Shown: positions 1 through 7,957 of the stretch, in pieces
How positions within the stretch are numbered: the stretch's first letter is position 1
Layout of the letters: each line of letters starts with the position of its first letter
Assembly (NCBI GenBank): GCA_964594415.1
Contig: CAZQLQ010000005.1
Coordinates: forward strand, 96 to 64,095
Source of the DNA: an uncultured Candidatus Saccharibacteria bacterium
GTDB taxonomy: Bacteria; Patescibacteriota; CPR2; UBA1875; CAIMLA01
Reading direction: 5' to 3'
DNA: 64,000 nucleotides
Notes under the pieces: model-generated
The model's database searches: none
What the model saw: the letters and a program-made list of their open reading frames with translations, nothing else
Told to the model about the DNA's origin: nothing
Made by a program: the position numbers and the translations under genes

Positions 1-92
1 AGTTCAAGAAAAACTGAACTCCTTTTTAAAAAGATTATTCTTTTTTCGATATATTATAAGGTTTTCCTAGAAAGAATAACTTTTTAAAATAG

Positions 93-200
93 TCGGTCCT
101 CGGGACGAACAGTTTTTCGAGGGGTTTATTGTTCGAGGCGAAGTCGAGGATGACAATATTATTAAAATCACAAAAAATACTTGACAAAAAAGCTTTTTTG
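93..200. repeat. Partial copy (copy 1) of a GC-rich modular repeat family, ending in the shared promoter module
   Basis: The segments 'gttcgaggcgaagtcgaggatgacaat' and 'attattaaaatcacaaaaaatacttgaca' match parts of the elements at 1534-1800 and 3489-3710. GC is clearly higher than the flanking AT-rich DNA. Confidence 0.6.
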
Positions 201-209
201 TGATAAGAT
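181..209 (+). promoter_or_regulatory. Sigma70-like promoter: TTGACA, 17-nt spacer, TGnTAAGAT extended -10
   Basis: TTGACA at 181-186 and TAAGAT at 204-209 with TG at 201-202. The same module recurs at 1771-1799. It sits upstream of the 360..1463 CDS. Confidence 0.55.
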
Positions 210-359
210 ACACAGTCAACTAAAGAGAAGGCAATAAGCCTCAGTAGTTGACAAAGTTCATTGAAAACTGGCTAATAAAATTTTCCTTCGGGCAATCACT
301 GCTCTTTATATAGTTGCAATGCTTATATTCCAAGAAATGAAATACTTAAAGGAGTGATA

Positions 360-1463
360 ATGATGGAAGGAAGTATAGTAATAATAAATGGAAAGGCATA
401 CCGGAGAGATACCGGTGTGCAGGTAATCAACACGGAAGTTCCTAATACTCCTCCCGCCCCTGCAGCACCTGCTGCGGTAACTGCTGCGCCAACCGGAAAA
501 AAGAAAAACCCATGGAAATGGGTTGCAGGCGCGGCTTTAGCCGCGCTGCTGTTGCTGGTAGGCTGGATGATGTTCGGCCGCTACTGCGGCCCGAACTTCG
601 TAGAAAACGGGATCACCCCCCAGGGGGGGTGGACTGCTGAGTATGCAGAATATCAGCAGAGCCCCGTACTCCGGGCGGCCTTCAACCACCTTCAGGTGGT
701 TGATGAGCAGGAAATTAAAGATCTCGTGGCGCGTGAGCGCCGCGGGGAAAGTTTTGTCCAGTCCCTGCCTGCAGGGACTGTGATAAAAAACACGGAGGTA
801 ACGGAGGAGGGCTTCAGGGTATTTGATTACACCCTGAAGCAAGAAACCCAGATCCTCGTAGATATGAACGGGAATCCTGCAGTCAAGTTGGACTGTGGGA
901 ATCCCATAAAGCTGGTGCCGAAGCCAGTGGTTTCGACACCAGTAGTGAAAAAACAAGTTGTACAACAACAGACTTCCGTAGAACAGAATGTTGTTGTACA
1001 GCAAAATGTTGTTGTACAAACGGTTGTACAACAACTCCCTGATGTGATCAGAAATGTGATCATCAGGGAAGAAGATGACCATCATTCTCATCGTCGGACT
1101 TGTGACGATGACGATGAGGATGAGGATGAGGATGAAACGGAGTGCGTGGTTGATCCTGAGGATCAACACGCATCATGGAATCCTTCCACTCAGCCGGTGC
1201 AGGAGAATATTGCACCTCAGAAATCTGAGTGGATTGAGGAAAACGAAAGAGCTCAGCACGCTGAGTTTGTTCGGGAGTCCCAGCAAATACAATTTGCTGG
1301 GGAAAATGGACAGGCCACATATGGTTCTGTCCATGAAGAGGTGGGTAGAAATATAACTCCTTCGGGAGTTGTTGAGCCTACTCCTGAATCAACTGAGAAC
1401 TGGGATACTACAACTTATACAGATGTAGGTATCCCAGCAGGGTGGGTTTTAAAGCCCCAATAA
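360..1463 (+). CDS. GC-rich single-pass membrane protein of unknown function. It has a Pro/Ala-rich N-terminal region, one TM helix, a VVQQ-repeat region and a DEDEDEDE acidic tract. It is compositionally foreign.
   Basis: The ORF track gives 354..1463, which is a GTG start. An ATG at 360 with SD 'aaggag' 5 nt upstream is the more likely start. The hydrophobic helix is WKWVAGAALAALLLLVGWMMF. The coding GC (about 50-55% by eye) contrasts with about 33% elsewhere. Confidence 0.6.
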   Translation: MMEGSIVIINGKAYRRDTGVQVINTEVPNTPPAPAAPAAVTAAPTGKKKNPWKWVAGAALAALLLLVGWMMFGRYCGPNFVENGITPQGGWTAEYAEYQQSPVLRAAFNHLQVVDEQEIKDLVARERRGESFVQSLPAGTVIKNTEVTEEGFRVFDYTLKQETQILVDMNGNPAVKLDCGNPIKLVPKPVVSTPVVKKQVVQQQTSVEQNVVVQQNVVVQTVVQQLPDVIRNVIIREEDDHHSHRRTCDDDDEDEDEDETECVVDPEDQHASWNPSTQPVQENIAPQKSEWIEENERAQHAEFVRESQQIQFAGENGQATYGSVHEEVGRNITPSGVVEPTPESTENWDTTTYTDVGIPAGWVLKPQ

Positions 1464-1487
1464 TTAATTAGCCAGTTTTTTATTTAA

Positions 1488-1526
1488 GACGGTTGTGTTT
1501 CATCGCAGCCGTCTTTTTCTTTTTTG
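1488..1526 (+). terminator. Intrinsic terminator downstream of the 360..1463 CDS
   Basis: An imperfect hairpin 'agacggttgtg...cagccgtct' is followed by 'ttttctttttt'. Confidence 0.5.
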
Positions 1527-1533
1527 GTCAGTT

Positions 1534-1800
1534 ATCGTTCGAGGCAAAGCCGAGAACTACTAGGACGGGGAACTTCTCTCTTCGTTCGAAGGATATCTCT
1601 CGTGTCATCTAGTCCGCCGACTCCGATGGGTTCGTGTCGGAATCCGTCGGAGAGCGAAGTCGAAGAATCCGGATCCCCGTGTCAGGCACGAGTATGACAA
1701 TAAGGAGAGATCCTTCGAATCGCTTCGCTCCCTCAGGATGGCAATAGTATTATTAAATCACAAAAAATACTTGACAGAAATACATTATTATGATAAAGTA
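1534..1800. repeat. Copy 2 of the GC-rich modular repeat: A module (1534-1562), about 175-nt core (1571-1745), and P promoter module (1746-1800)
   Basis: The core is about 90% identical to 3489-3658. It contains long-range inverted repeats: ttcgaaggat..ctctc..gtcatcc pairs with ggatgac..gagag..atccttcgaa. The P module is shared with copy 1. Confidence 0.75.
1771..1799 (+). promoter_or_regulatory. Sigma70-like promoter (TTGACA-N17-TGaTAAAGT) for the LPXTG protein gene
   Basis: It has the same architecture as 181-209. The TSS would give a ~120-nt leader before the SD 'aaaggagg' and ATG at 1930. Confidence 0.55.
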
Positions 1801-1929
1801 ATATGTCAACAAAAAGTTGACTTTATTTTTTAGAAAAATATTGCCTATTGGTAAACTTTTTCTATCAAAAAAATAAAGAATGTAATATTATTAAAAAAGT
1901 AAGGTAAAGTCCTCGAAAGGAGGAAGAAA

Positions 1930-3405
1930 ATGGGTAAAATAACAAAAATATCAAAAAAGGTAGCTATTTATTTAGCAGCAATTATGTTCGGTATTACTAC
2001 AGCAGCATTTGCTGGCAGTACTGTGCCGATGGAAAGTAGCCTAGCGGTTGCGAACGCTACTGATGGCGATACGACTTATTCTGATTCAGTTAACGCTGAT
2101 GCAGGAGACATCGTAAAAGTTGAATTGTGGTATCACAACCAGGAGCCAGCTTCTACCGGTGATATTGCAAAAAACGTGAATATTAAAATTAATATTCCAA
2201 GTACAAGCACAAGTGATCACGCGATCACTTCGAGCGTAAAGGGTTCTAATACGACCCAAACTAACAGTTCTGCTCATGTATATACCTCAGTAAATGCAAC
2301 GCTGGAATATATACCAGGAACTGCATATAGGAGATACAACACCGGAACAAACTCAAACCCTAACTGGGTTACTGTAAAAATTTCTGATAGTGTCGTTTCT
2401 TCTAGCGGTTATACTATTTCTGAGATGAAGCCATGCTGGAATTATCAGGAAACAATTACGGTACAGGCTAGAGTTGCAAAAGCGCAAATACCTGTTCTTT
2501 CTGTTGTAAAACAGGTAAAAGTAGAAGGCGCAAGCACTTGGTCAACAGATATTAGTGCTAACCCGGGGGATACTCTTGCTTATATTATTACCGTTAAAAA
2601 TGAGGGTACCGTTAAACTTAACAATGTAATAGTTAGAGATAGTCTACCAACTAGACTTGATTATGTCGAAGGTAGTGCTAAATTGTATAATGTATTCAGC
2701 CCGAACGGCGTTTCAGTTTCTGACAGCGTTATTAAGGGTGGTATTAATATCGGTAATTTTGATCCAGGGGCAATATCATATGTTAGATTTAATGCAGTTG
2801 TTCCAACGAGTCTTGATGAGGGCGGTGCTTGGAAGTTCATAAATGTTGGTATTGGGAAATCTGATTCAACTAATGAGATCTATAACACGGCAAGGGTTAT
2901 TGTTGACTATCCAGAAACCACAAAATACACCATAAAGGCTGTAAAATTTGAAGACCTTGATGAAGATGGTACAAAAGACTCAAATGAGTCAGTTATCCAA
3001 AACTGGACGATGAAACTAACCGGCGAAGGGATCAGCGAAACATTAAAGACAGACGAAGATGGAATTGCCACTTTTACTGATTTGGACGCAGGAACTTATA
3101 CAGTTACTGAAGGGGTCTTAAGCGGTTGGAAGAATATCACTCCTCTTTCGCAGACTGTAACAATAGAAGAAGATTGCGATAATACTGAATATACGGTTTA
3201 TTTCGGTAATAAGAAACTTGTTCCAGGGGAAACCACTACTACAACTAAGACAGTAGTCACAACAGTACCTGGAAAAGGTAATTTGCCTACCTCAGGGCCA
3301 GTAGAGGCTGCTGCAGGCACGTTTGCAACAATCGGGCTTAGTGGTGCAGGTTACTATTATTGGAAGAGTAAAAAGGCCTTATTTGGGGCACTCAAGAAAT
3401 TCTAA
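1930..3405 (+). CDS. Sortase-anchored cell-surface protein: signal peptide, two DUF11-type conserved repeat domains, a CnaB/SpaA-like domain, and an LPTSG sorting signal
   Basis: N-terminus is 'KKVAIYLAAIMFGITTAAFAGS'. DUF11 signatures include 'GDTLAYIITVKNEGTVKLNNVIVRDSLPTRLDYV'. CnaB-like signature is 'DEDGIATFTDLDAGTYTVTEGVLSGWKNITP'. The C-terminus is 'LPTSG' followed by a hydrophobic stretch and 'KSKK'. Confidence 0.8.
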   Translation: MGKITKISKKVAIYLAAIMFGITTAAFAGSTVPMESSLAVANATDGDTTYSDSVNADAGDIVKVELWYHNQEPASTGDIAKNVNIKINIPSTSTSDHAITSSVKGSNTTQTNSSAHVYTSVNATLEYIPGTAYRRYNTGTNSNPNWVTVKISDSVVSSSGYTISEMKPCWNYQETITVQARVAKAQIPVLSVVKQVKVEGASTWSTDISANPGDTLAYIITVKNEGTVKLNNVIVRDSLPTRLDYVEGSAKLYNVFSPNGVSVSDSVIKGGINIGNFDPGAISYVRFNAVVPTSLDEGGAWKFINVGIGKSDSTNEIYNTARVIVDYPETTKYTIKAVKFEDLDEDGTKDSNESVIQNWTMKLTGEGISETLKTDEDGIATFTDLDAGTYTVTEGVLSGWKNITPLSQTVTIEEDCDNTEYTVYFGNKKLVPGETTTTTKTVVTTVPGKGNLPTSGPVEAAAGTFATIGLSGAGYYYWKSKKALFGALKKF

Positions 3406-3432
3406 TAATTAGTTGAGTTGATTTTAAAAAAG

Positions 3433-3455
3433 CTGGTCGAAAGACCAGTTTTTTT
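3433..3455 (+). terminator. Intrinsic terminator
   Basis: ctggtc-gaaa-gaccag hairpin followed by a T7 run. Confidence 0.7.
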
Positions 3456-3488
3456 ATTGTGTATGGCTAACAATAATAAACATTGATA

Positions 3489-3710
3489 ACTTCTCACTTC
3501 GTTCGAAGGATAACTCTCACGTCATCCCTTCCGACGACTCGATGAGTTCGTGTCGGATTCCGTCGTAGAGCGAAGTCGAGGAGTCTAGATCCCCGTGTCA
3601 AGCACGAGGATGACAATAAGGAGAGATCCTTCGAACCGCTTCGCTCCCTCAGGATGACATTTATATTGTTCGAGCGTTAGCGAGAACTACTCTATAAAAT
3701 ACTTAACGTC
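3489..3710. repeat. Copy 3 of the GC-rich modular repeat: core 3489-3658, A module 3667-3690, and a degenerate P-like module
   Basis: Near-identical core to copy 2. 'gttcgagcgttagcgagaactac' matches the A module of copy 2. The last 7 codons and stop of the HAD gene (3687..) lie inside the P-like module. Confidence 0.75.
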
Positions 3711-4373
3711 AGTTAGTATCCTGATTTTATTTATACCTGGCTCTTCTACCCTATTTTCTCTATCAATGAGCAGAGGATTGATTCCAACATTTTTTGCGCC
3801 ATGGTAATCGCTAATTAAACTATCCCCTATAAAAAGAACCTCATTAGGACTAAGTAAGGCTTTATTTAGGGCAGAGTAAAATATTTTTGGGTTTGGCTTT
3901 TCGTATCCTACCTCTTCTGAAGTCAGGACGAAGTCAAAATAGTCTTCTATGCCAAAGTGAATAAAAAATTTGTTCAAATATTCATTTTCGTTTGAGACAC
4001 AAGCCAAAGAAAGCCCCTCCTTCTTTAGCGTATGAAGAGTAGGGTTTACATCTTTGTAGAGAACAAAATTATCGGCATTCCCCCATGCTTCATGGAGCAA
4101 TCTTTCTCCCATCTCTCTACAATTTCCATTGTAACCCAATTCTTCAAGTATTTTACCGTTGAAGTTGTCCCAGGCCTGATGGCTTTTTTCGCCAAGCTCT
4201 TCAGCTGCAGCTTCTTCGTTGTTTTCTACCAGTCTATTCCACACTGCAGTCATCTTGTCTTCATCAATTTCCATTCCTGTGTGTTTTTTGATGATCCGTC
4301 TATACATTTCTATTTTGTTCGGATAGGCACAAAATAAGGTATCAATTGCGTCAAAGAATACGGCCTTAATCAT
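3687..4373 (-). CDS. HAD-superfamily hydrolase (subfamily IA-like)
   Basis: N-terminal 'FDAIDTLF' (DxD motif I) and a C-terminal 'FIGDS...D' motif. Confidence 0.65.
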   Translation of the reverse strand: MIKAVFFDAIDTLFCAYPNKIEMYRRIIKKHTGMEIDEDKMTAVWNRLVENNEEAAAEELGEKSHQAWDNFNGKILEELGYNGNCREMGERLLHEAWGNADNFVLYKDVNPTLHTLKKEGLSLACVSNENEYLNKFFIHFGIEDYFDFVLTSEEVGYEKPNPKIFYSALNKALLSPNEVLFIGDSLISDYHGAKNVGINPLLIDRENRVEEPGINKIRILTDVKYFIE

Positions 4374-4903
4374 TTTTCGGCCTTTTCTTTATATTTAATT
4401 ATCTCCTGAGGGGTCTTTGCGTTCTCGTCTATTACGGCTCTATATATATAATAGGCCATGCTGTATTTAAGTTTATTTTGCTTAAGAAAATATTCTTTGA
4501 GCAACATTATAGTTTTGCGGTTGTCCTCATTGAGCTTTGTACTGAAATCGGTGTAAAACTTGTATGCGTCTCTCAAGTAGTCGTTATTAGGCTCTGTTAA
4601 TGTGACGTCTATGGTCCACGTAGCATCTTCTACCTTGATTTCCGCTTTGATTAGATATTTATTGCTTTGAGACAATTCGTACCTATTCAAGAATGTAAGT
4701 CCTAATCCTTCGAGCTTAGTTTTGATTTTATGAGACAAATCTTCATATTCGTTTCTATTCGCATAAACTTGAATGTCTATATCGGGCTTAATGGTGGTCT
4801 TTAAGGCAACATTGCCTACAAGGTGGGTTTCTCCAAATATGGACAAGGTCTCGACTAGCTTAAGATTTTTAACAAGAGCTTCGGCTTGTTCTTGAAGATT
4901 CAT
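4370..4903 (-). CDS. Minimal nucleotidyltransferase-fold protein
   Basis: NTase signature 'GETHLVGNVALKTTIKPDIDIQV' (G-x-G..D-h-D). The start was moved to the ATG at 4903, which is 1 nt after the secA TAA stop. The listed ORF start at 4990 overlaps secA. Confidence 0.45.
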   Translation of the reverse strand: MNLQEQAEALVKNLKLVETLSIFGETHLVGNVALKTTIKPDIDIQVYANRNEYEDLSHKIKTKLEGLGLTFLNRYELSQSNKYLIKAEIKVEDATWTIDVTLTEPNNDYLRDAYKFYTDFSTKLNEDNRKTIMLLKEYFLKQNKLKYSMAYYIYRAVIDENAKTPQEIIKYKEKAEK

Positions 4904-4904
4904 T

Positions 4905-7535
4905 TTAGCTTCCACAACATTTTTTGTATTTTTTACCGCTTCCACAAGGGCAGGGATCGTTTCTGCCTGCCTTGTCCTTGCTTCGTACAACTTGTTTTTC
5001 TCTTTTCTCAGCTTCTTTTGCCTGTGGTGTGGCTTTTTTGGCAGCTTGGGTAAGCTTGGTATCTGCTTCAGCTACCTGTTTTGTTATTTCAACTCTAAAT
5101 ATAAGATTTAGCATTTCGGCATCAATTCCTGCAAGTAGCGTATGAAACATCTTGTATGATTCGTTCTTGTACTCAATAAGAGGATCTTTTTGCCCATATC
5201 CGCGAAGGCCTATGCCTTCTCTGAGGTTGTCCATAGCGTCCAGATGGTCTATCCAGAGCATATCAATTGTCCTTAGATAAAGGGCTTTTTCTAAAATCCT
5301 CATCATCTCGCTTGAAATTCTCGTTTCTTTCTCTTCATAGTTTTTGTATAACAGTTCCTTGGCGGCTTCTATAACAGTGTCAGGATATTTATTTTTGATA
5401 TTTTTGAAAAAGTTGGTTTTTTGACCTAAGGTTTTGTCTAGCTCGTTTTCAATCTTCTCAATTTCAACCTCTCCTATAATCTCGTTTGTATTTGAATTAA
5501 CTATATCTGCGATTCTTTCAGAAATGATTTCAAGAACTTCTTCTTTTAGGTTTTCAGAAGACAAAACATTCCGGCGCATCTTGTAGATGTATTCACGCTG
5601 TTTGTTCATTACGTCATCGTATTCAACTAGGTGTTTTCTGATATCAAAGTTGTGACCTTCAACTTTTCTTTGGGCCGATTCAAGTGACTTGGATATCATA
5701 GAATGCTGTATAGGTTGGTCTTCAGGCAGGCCGAGTCTTTCCATAACAGCACCTACTCTTTCGCTACCGAAAATGCGCATCAAGTCATCTTCGAGTGAAA
5801 CAAAAAATTGTGTAGATCCGGGATCTCCTTGGCGTCCGGCACGACCACGAAGCTGATTGTCAATTCTTCTGGATTCATGCCTTTCCGTACCGATAATATG
5901 CAATCCGCCAAGTTCGGCGACCCCTTTCCCAAGAACTATATCGGTTCCTCTTCCGGCCATATTTGTAGCCACAGTAACTGCTCCCTTTTGTCCAGCGTTT
6001 TTGACGATTAGAGCTTCCCTTTCGTGGTTTTTGGCGTTTAAAAGCTCGTGTTTTATCCCGCTTCTTTTTAATAAATCTCCCAGTATTTCATTTTTTTCAA
6101 TTGAAACGGTACCGACCAAAACCGGTTGGCCTTTTTCGTGCTTTTCTTTTATATCTTCAACTACGGCAAGAAATTTACCTTTTTCTGTTTTGTATATCAC
6201 GTCATTCAAATCAATTCTGATATTTTTTCTGTTTGTAGGGATTTTTATTACCTCTAATCTATAAATTTTTGAAAATTCCTCTGCTTCTGTAGACGCTGTA
6301 CCTGTCATACCGGCTAGTTTTATATAAATTCTGAAATAATTTTGAAATGAAATTGTGGCCAGAGTTAGGGACTCTCTTTTTATCTCTACCCCTTCCTTTG
6401 CTTCGATGGCTTGATGCAGCCCTTCACTGTAACGACGGCCGAACATTAGTCGTCCTGTGAACTCATCAACTATAACAATTTCCCCATCTTTGACTACATA
6501 ATCAACATCTTTTTTGAATATTGCGTTTGCCTTAAGCGCCTGTTCAATGTGATGAACATTTTCAATTCCGTATTCTTCGTAAATGTTCTCAACGCCTAGT
6601 AGTCTTTCCATATGAGCAATTCCGTCATCTGTTAAGGAAACTGCTTTCTGCTTCTCGTCAATCGTATAGTCCGTTTCTATGCTCAGTTGTTTTACTAGAC
6701 GATCAATAGAGATATACTTGTCGGTACTTTCTTCAGCTGGCGCAGAAATAATCAATGGAGTTCTTGCTTCATCAATAAGAATTGAGTCTACTTCGTCAAC
6801 AATCGCATAATGAAGCGGTCTTTGAACCATTTGCTCAAGATTTTGAACCATATTATCTCGCAGATAATCAAAGCCATATTCGTTATTTGTTCCATAAGTA
6901 ATATCTGCCTGATATGCCTCTTTTCTTGTCACGGGCCTTAAATGCTCTGTGGTCTCGTCCAGGACGTTCTCCTGAGCGTATTCCGGGTCGTAAACAAAAG
7001 CTGCGTCATGAACGATAACGCCTGTTGTAAGGCCAAGAAAGTGGTAAATTTGACTCATCCAGCCAGCATCTCTACGTGCCAGATAGTCGTTTACGGTGAC
7101 TACATGTACCCCTTTGCCAGTAAGAGCGTTAAGAGTAACCGGCAGGGTTGCCACAAGGGTCTTTCCTTCACCTGTAAGCATTTCGGCAATGTTTCCATCA
7201 TTTAGAACCATACCACCGATCAATTGGACATCGTAATGTCTTTGCCCGATTGTTCTTTTGGACGCTTCTCTCGTTAGGGCGTAAACTTCAGCAAGATAAT
7301 CAGAAAGAATGTCATTTTCTACTTTTTTCTCGGATTCCTTGTCTTCTGTTTTTTGCAAGGATTCTTCAAGTCTTTTCTTTATTTCCTCCGAAATAGCGTT
7401 GACTCGCAATTTGATTTCTTCGTCGCTTAATTTAACTATTTTTTCTTCGAAACTGTTAATTTCCTCGACCTTCTTTTTCAGCTTTTCTATCTTTTTCTGA
7501 TTGGGGTCGCTTATGAACTTTTTTAAAAATGACAT
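4905..7535 (-). CDS. secA: Preprotein translocase ATPase SecA
   Basis: DEAD-like motor motifs, 876 aa, and a C-terminal zinc finger 'CPCGSGKKYKKCCG'. Confidence 0.9.
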   Translation of the reverse strand: MSFLKKFISDPNQKKIEKLKKKVEEINSFEEKIVKLSDEEIKLRVNAISEEIKKRLEESLQKTEDKESEKKVENDILSDYLAEVYALTREASKRTIGQRHYDVQLIGGMVLNDGNIAEMLTGEGKTLVATLPVTLNALTGKGVHVVTVNDYLARRDAGWMSQIYHFLGLTTGVIVHDAAFVYDPEYAQENVLDETTEHLRPVTRKEAYQADITYGTNNEYGFDYLRDNMVQNLEQMVQRPLHYAIVDEVDSILIDEARTPLIISAPAEESTDKYISIDRLVKQLSIETDYTIDEKQKAVSLTDDGIAHMERLLGVENIYEEYGIENVHHIEQALKANAIFKKDVDYVVKDGEIVIVDEFTGRLMFGRRYSEGLHQAIEAKEGVEIKRESLTLATISFQNYFRIYIKLAGMTGTASTEAEEFSKIYRLEVIKIPTNRKNIRIDLNDVIYKTEKGKFLAVVEDIKEKHEKGQPVLVGTVSIEKNEILGDLLKRSGIKHELLNAKNHEREALIVKNAGQKGAVTVATNMAGRGTDIVLGKGVAELGGLHIIGTERHESRRIDNQLRGRAGRQGDPGSTQFFVSLEDDLMRIFGSERVGAVMERLGLPEDQPIQHSMISKSLESAQRKVEGHNFDIRKHLVEYDDVMNKQREYIYKMRRNVLSSENLKEEVLEIISERIADIVNSNTNEIIGEVEIEKIENELDKTLGQKTNFFKNIKNKYPDTVIEAAKELLYKNYEEKETRISSEMMRILEKALYLRTIDMLWIDHLDAMDNLREGIGLRGYGQKDPLIEYKNESYKMFHTLLAGIDAEMLNLIFRVEITKQVAEADTKLTQAAKKATPQAKEAEKREKQVVRSKDKAGRNDPCPCGSGKKYKKCCGS

Positions 7536-7579
7536 AATTTTCCTACGAAACTTCCTTCTTTAATGTTATTAGAATGCGT

Positions 7580-7945
7580 TTACTCTTTTTCTTGCTTAAA
7601 TACTCTTCTTAGTATCTCTTTCCCTTGTCGATAGAGCTTCACTTTTCCCGGTTCTTTTTTGCTTTTCTCTTTATCTAATTGTCGAGAAAGTTTTCTCTCG
7701 AGTTCGTCAATTGCAGCAAATATGTTTTTGGCTTCCCCGGTGGCAGAAATATCGTTTCCAGGAATTTGAACTAGTGCTTTTGCAACTGCTGCAGTACGCT
7801 CTTTTTTGTTGTGATCTTCTTCTAGGGTTAGCTCAATCGCAATTATTGACTTATTGTATTTTATTAATTTATTGGCTTTTTTCTCTGCGTATTTTTTTAT
7901 TTCTGGGGTTAAGTAGGTCTCATGCCCTTTAATTGTTGTCTTCAT
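7580..7945 (-). CDS. hpf: Ribosome hibernation promoting factor (RaiA/YfiA family)
   Basis: 'TPEIKKYAEKKANKL...IELTLEEDHNKKERTAAVAKALVQIPGNDISATGEAKNIFAAIDELERKL'. Confidence 0.75.
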   Translation of the reverse strand: MKTTIKGHETYLTPEIKKYAEKKANKLIKYNKSIIAIELTLEEDHNKKERTAAVAKALVQIPGNDISATGEAKNIFAAIDELERKLSRQLDKEKSKKEPGKVKLYRQGKEILRRVFKQEKE

Positions 7946-7957
7946 GTTGCCTCCTTT

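Noticed and set aside
537-1169. A 210-aa minus-strand ORF, plus the 827-1063(-) and 1075-1356(+) ORFs inside the GC-rich gene
   Set aside because: They are shadow ORFs expected from high-GC, stop-poor sequence. Their products are low-complexity, they lack an SD, and they are fully contained in the better-supported plus-strand CDS.
3530-3560. A hammerhead-ribozyme-like 'cgatgag' motif inside the repeat core
   Set aside because: The motif reads 'ccgatggg' in copy 2, so it is not conserved. No matching GAAA / stem III arrangement is present. The core is better described by its long-range inverted repeats.
93-3710. A possible CRISPR array formed by the three repeats
   Set aside because: The repeats are about 175 nt long, mosaic, and separated by kilobase-scale genes. 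They are not short regular repeats with uniform spacers, and there are no cas genes.
5808-7500. Multiple 60-135-aa plus-strand ORFs inside secA, and similar antisense ORFs inside lysK, the PBPs and mrdA
   Set aside because: They are antisense or alternate-frame to strongly supported conserved genes, low-complexity, and lack RBS context.
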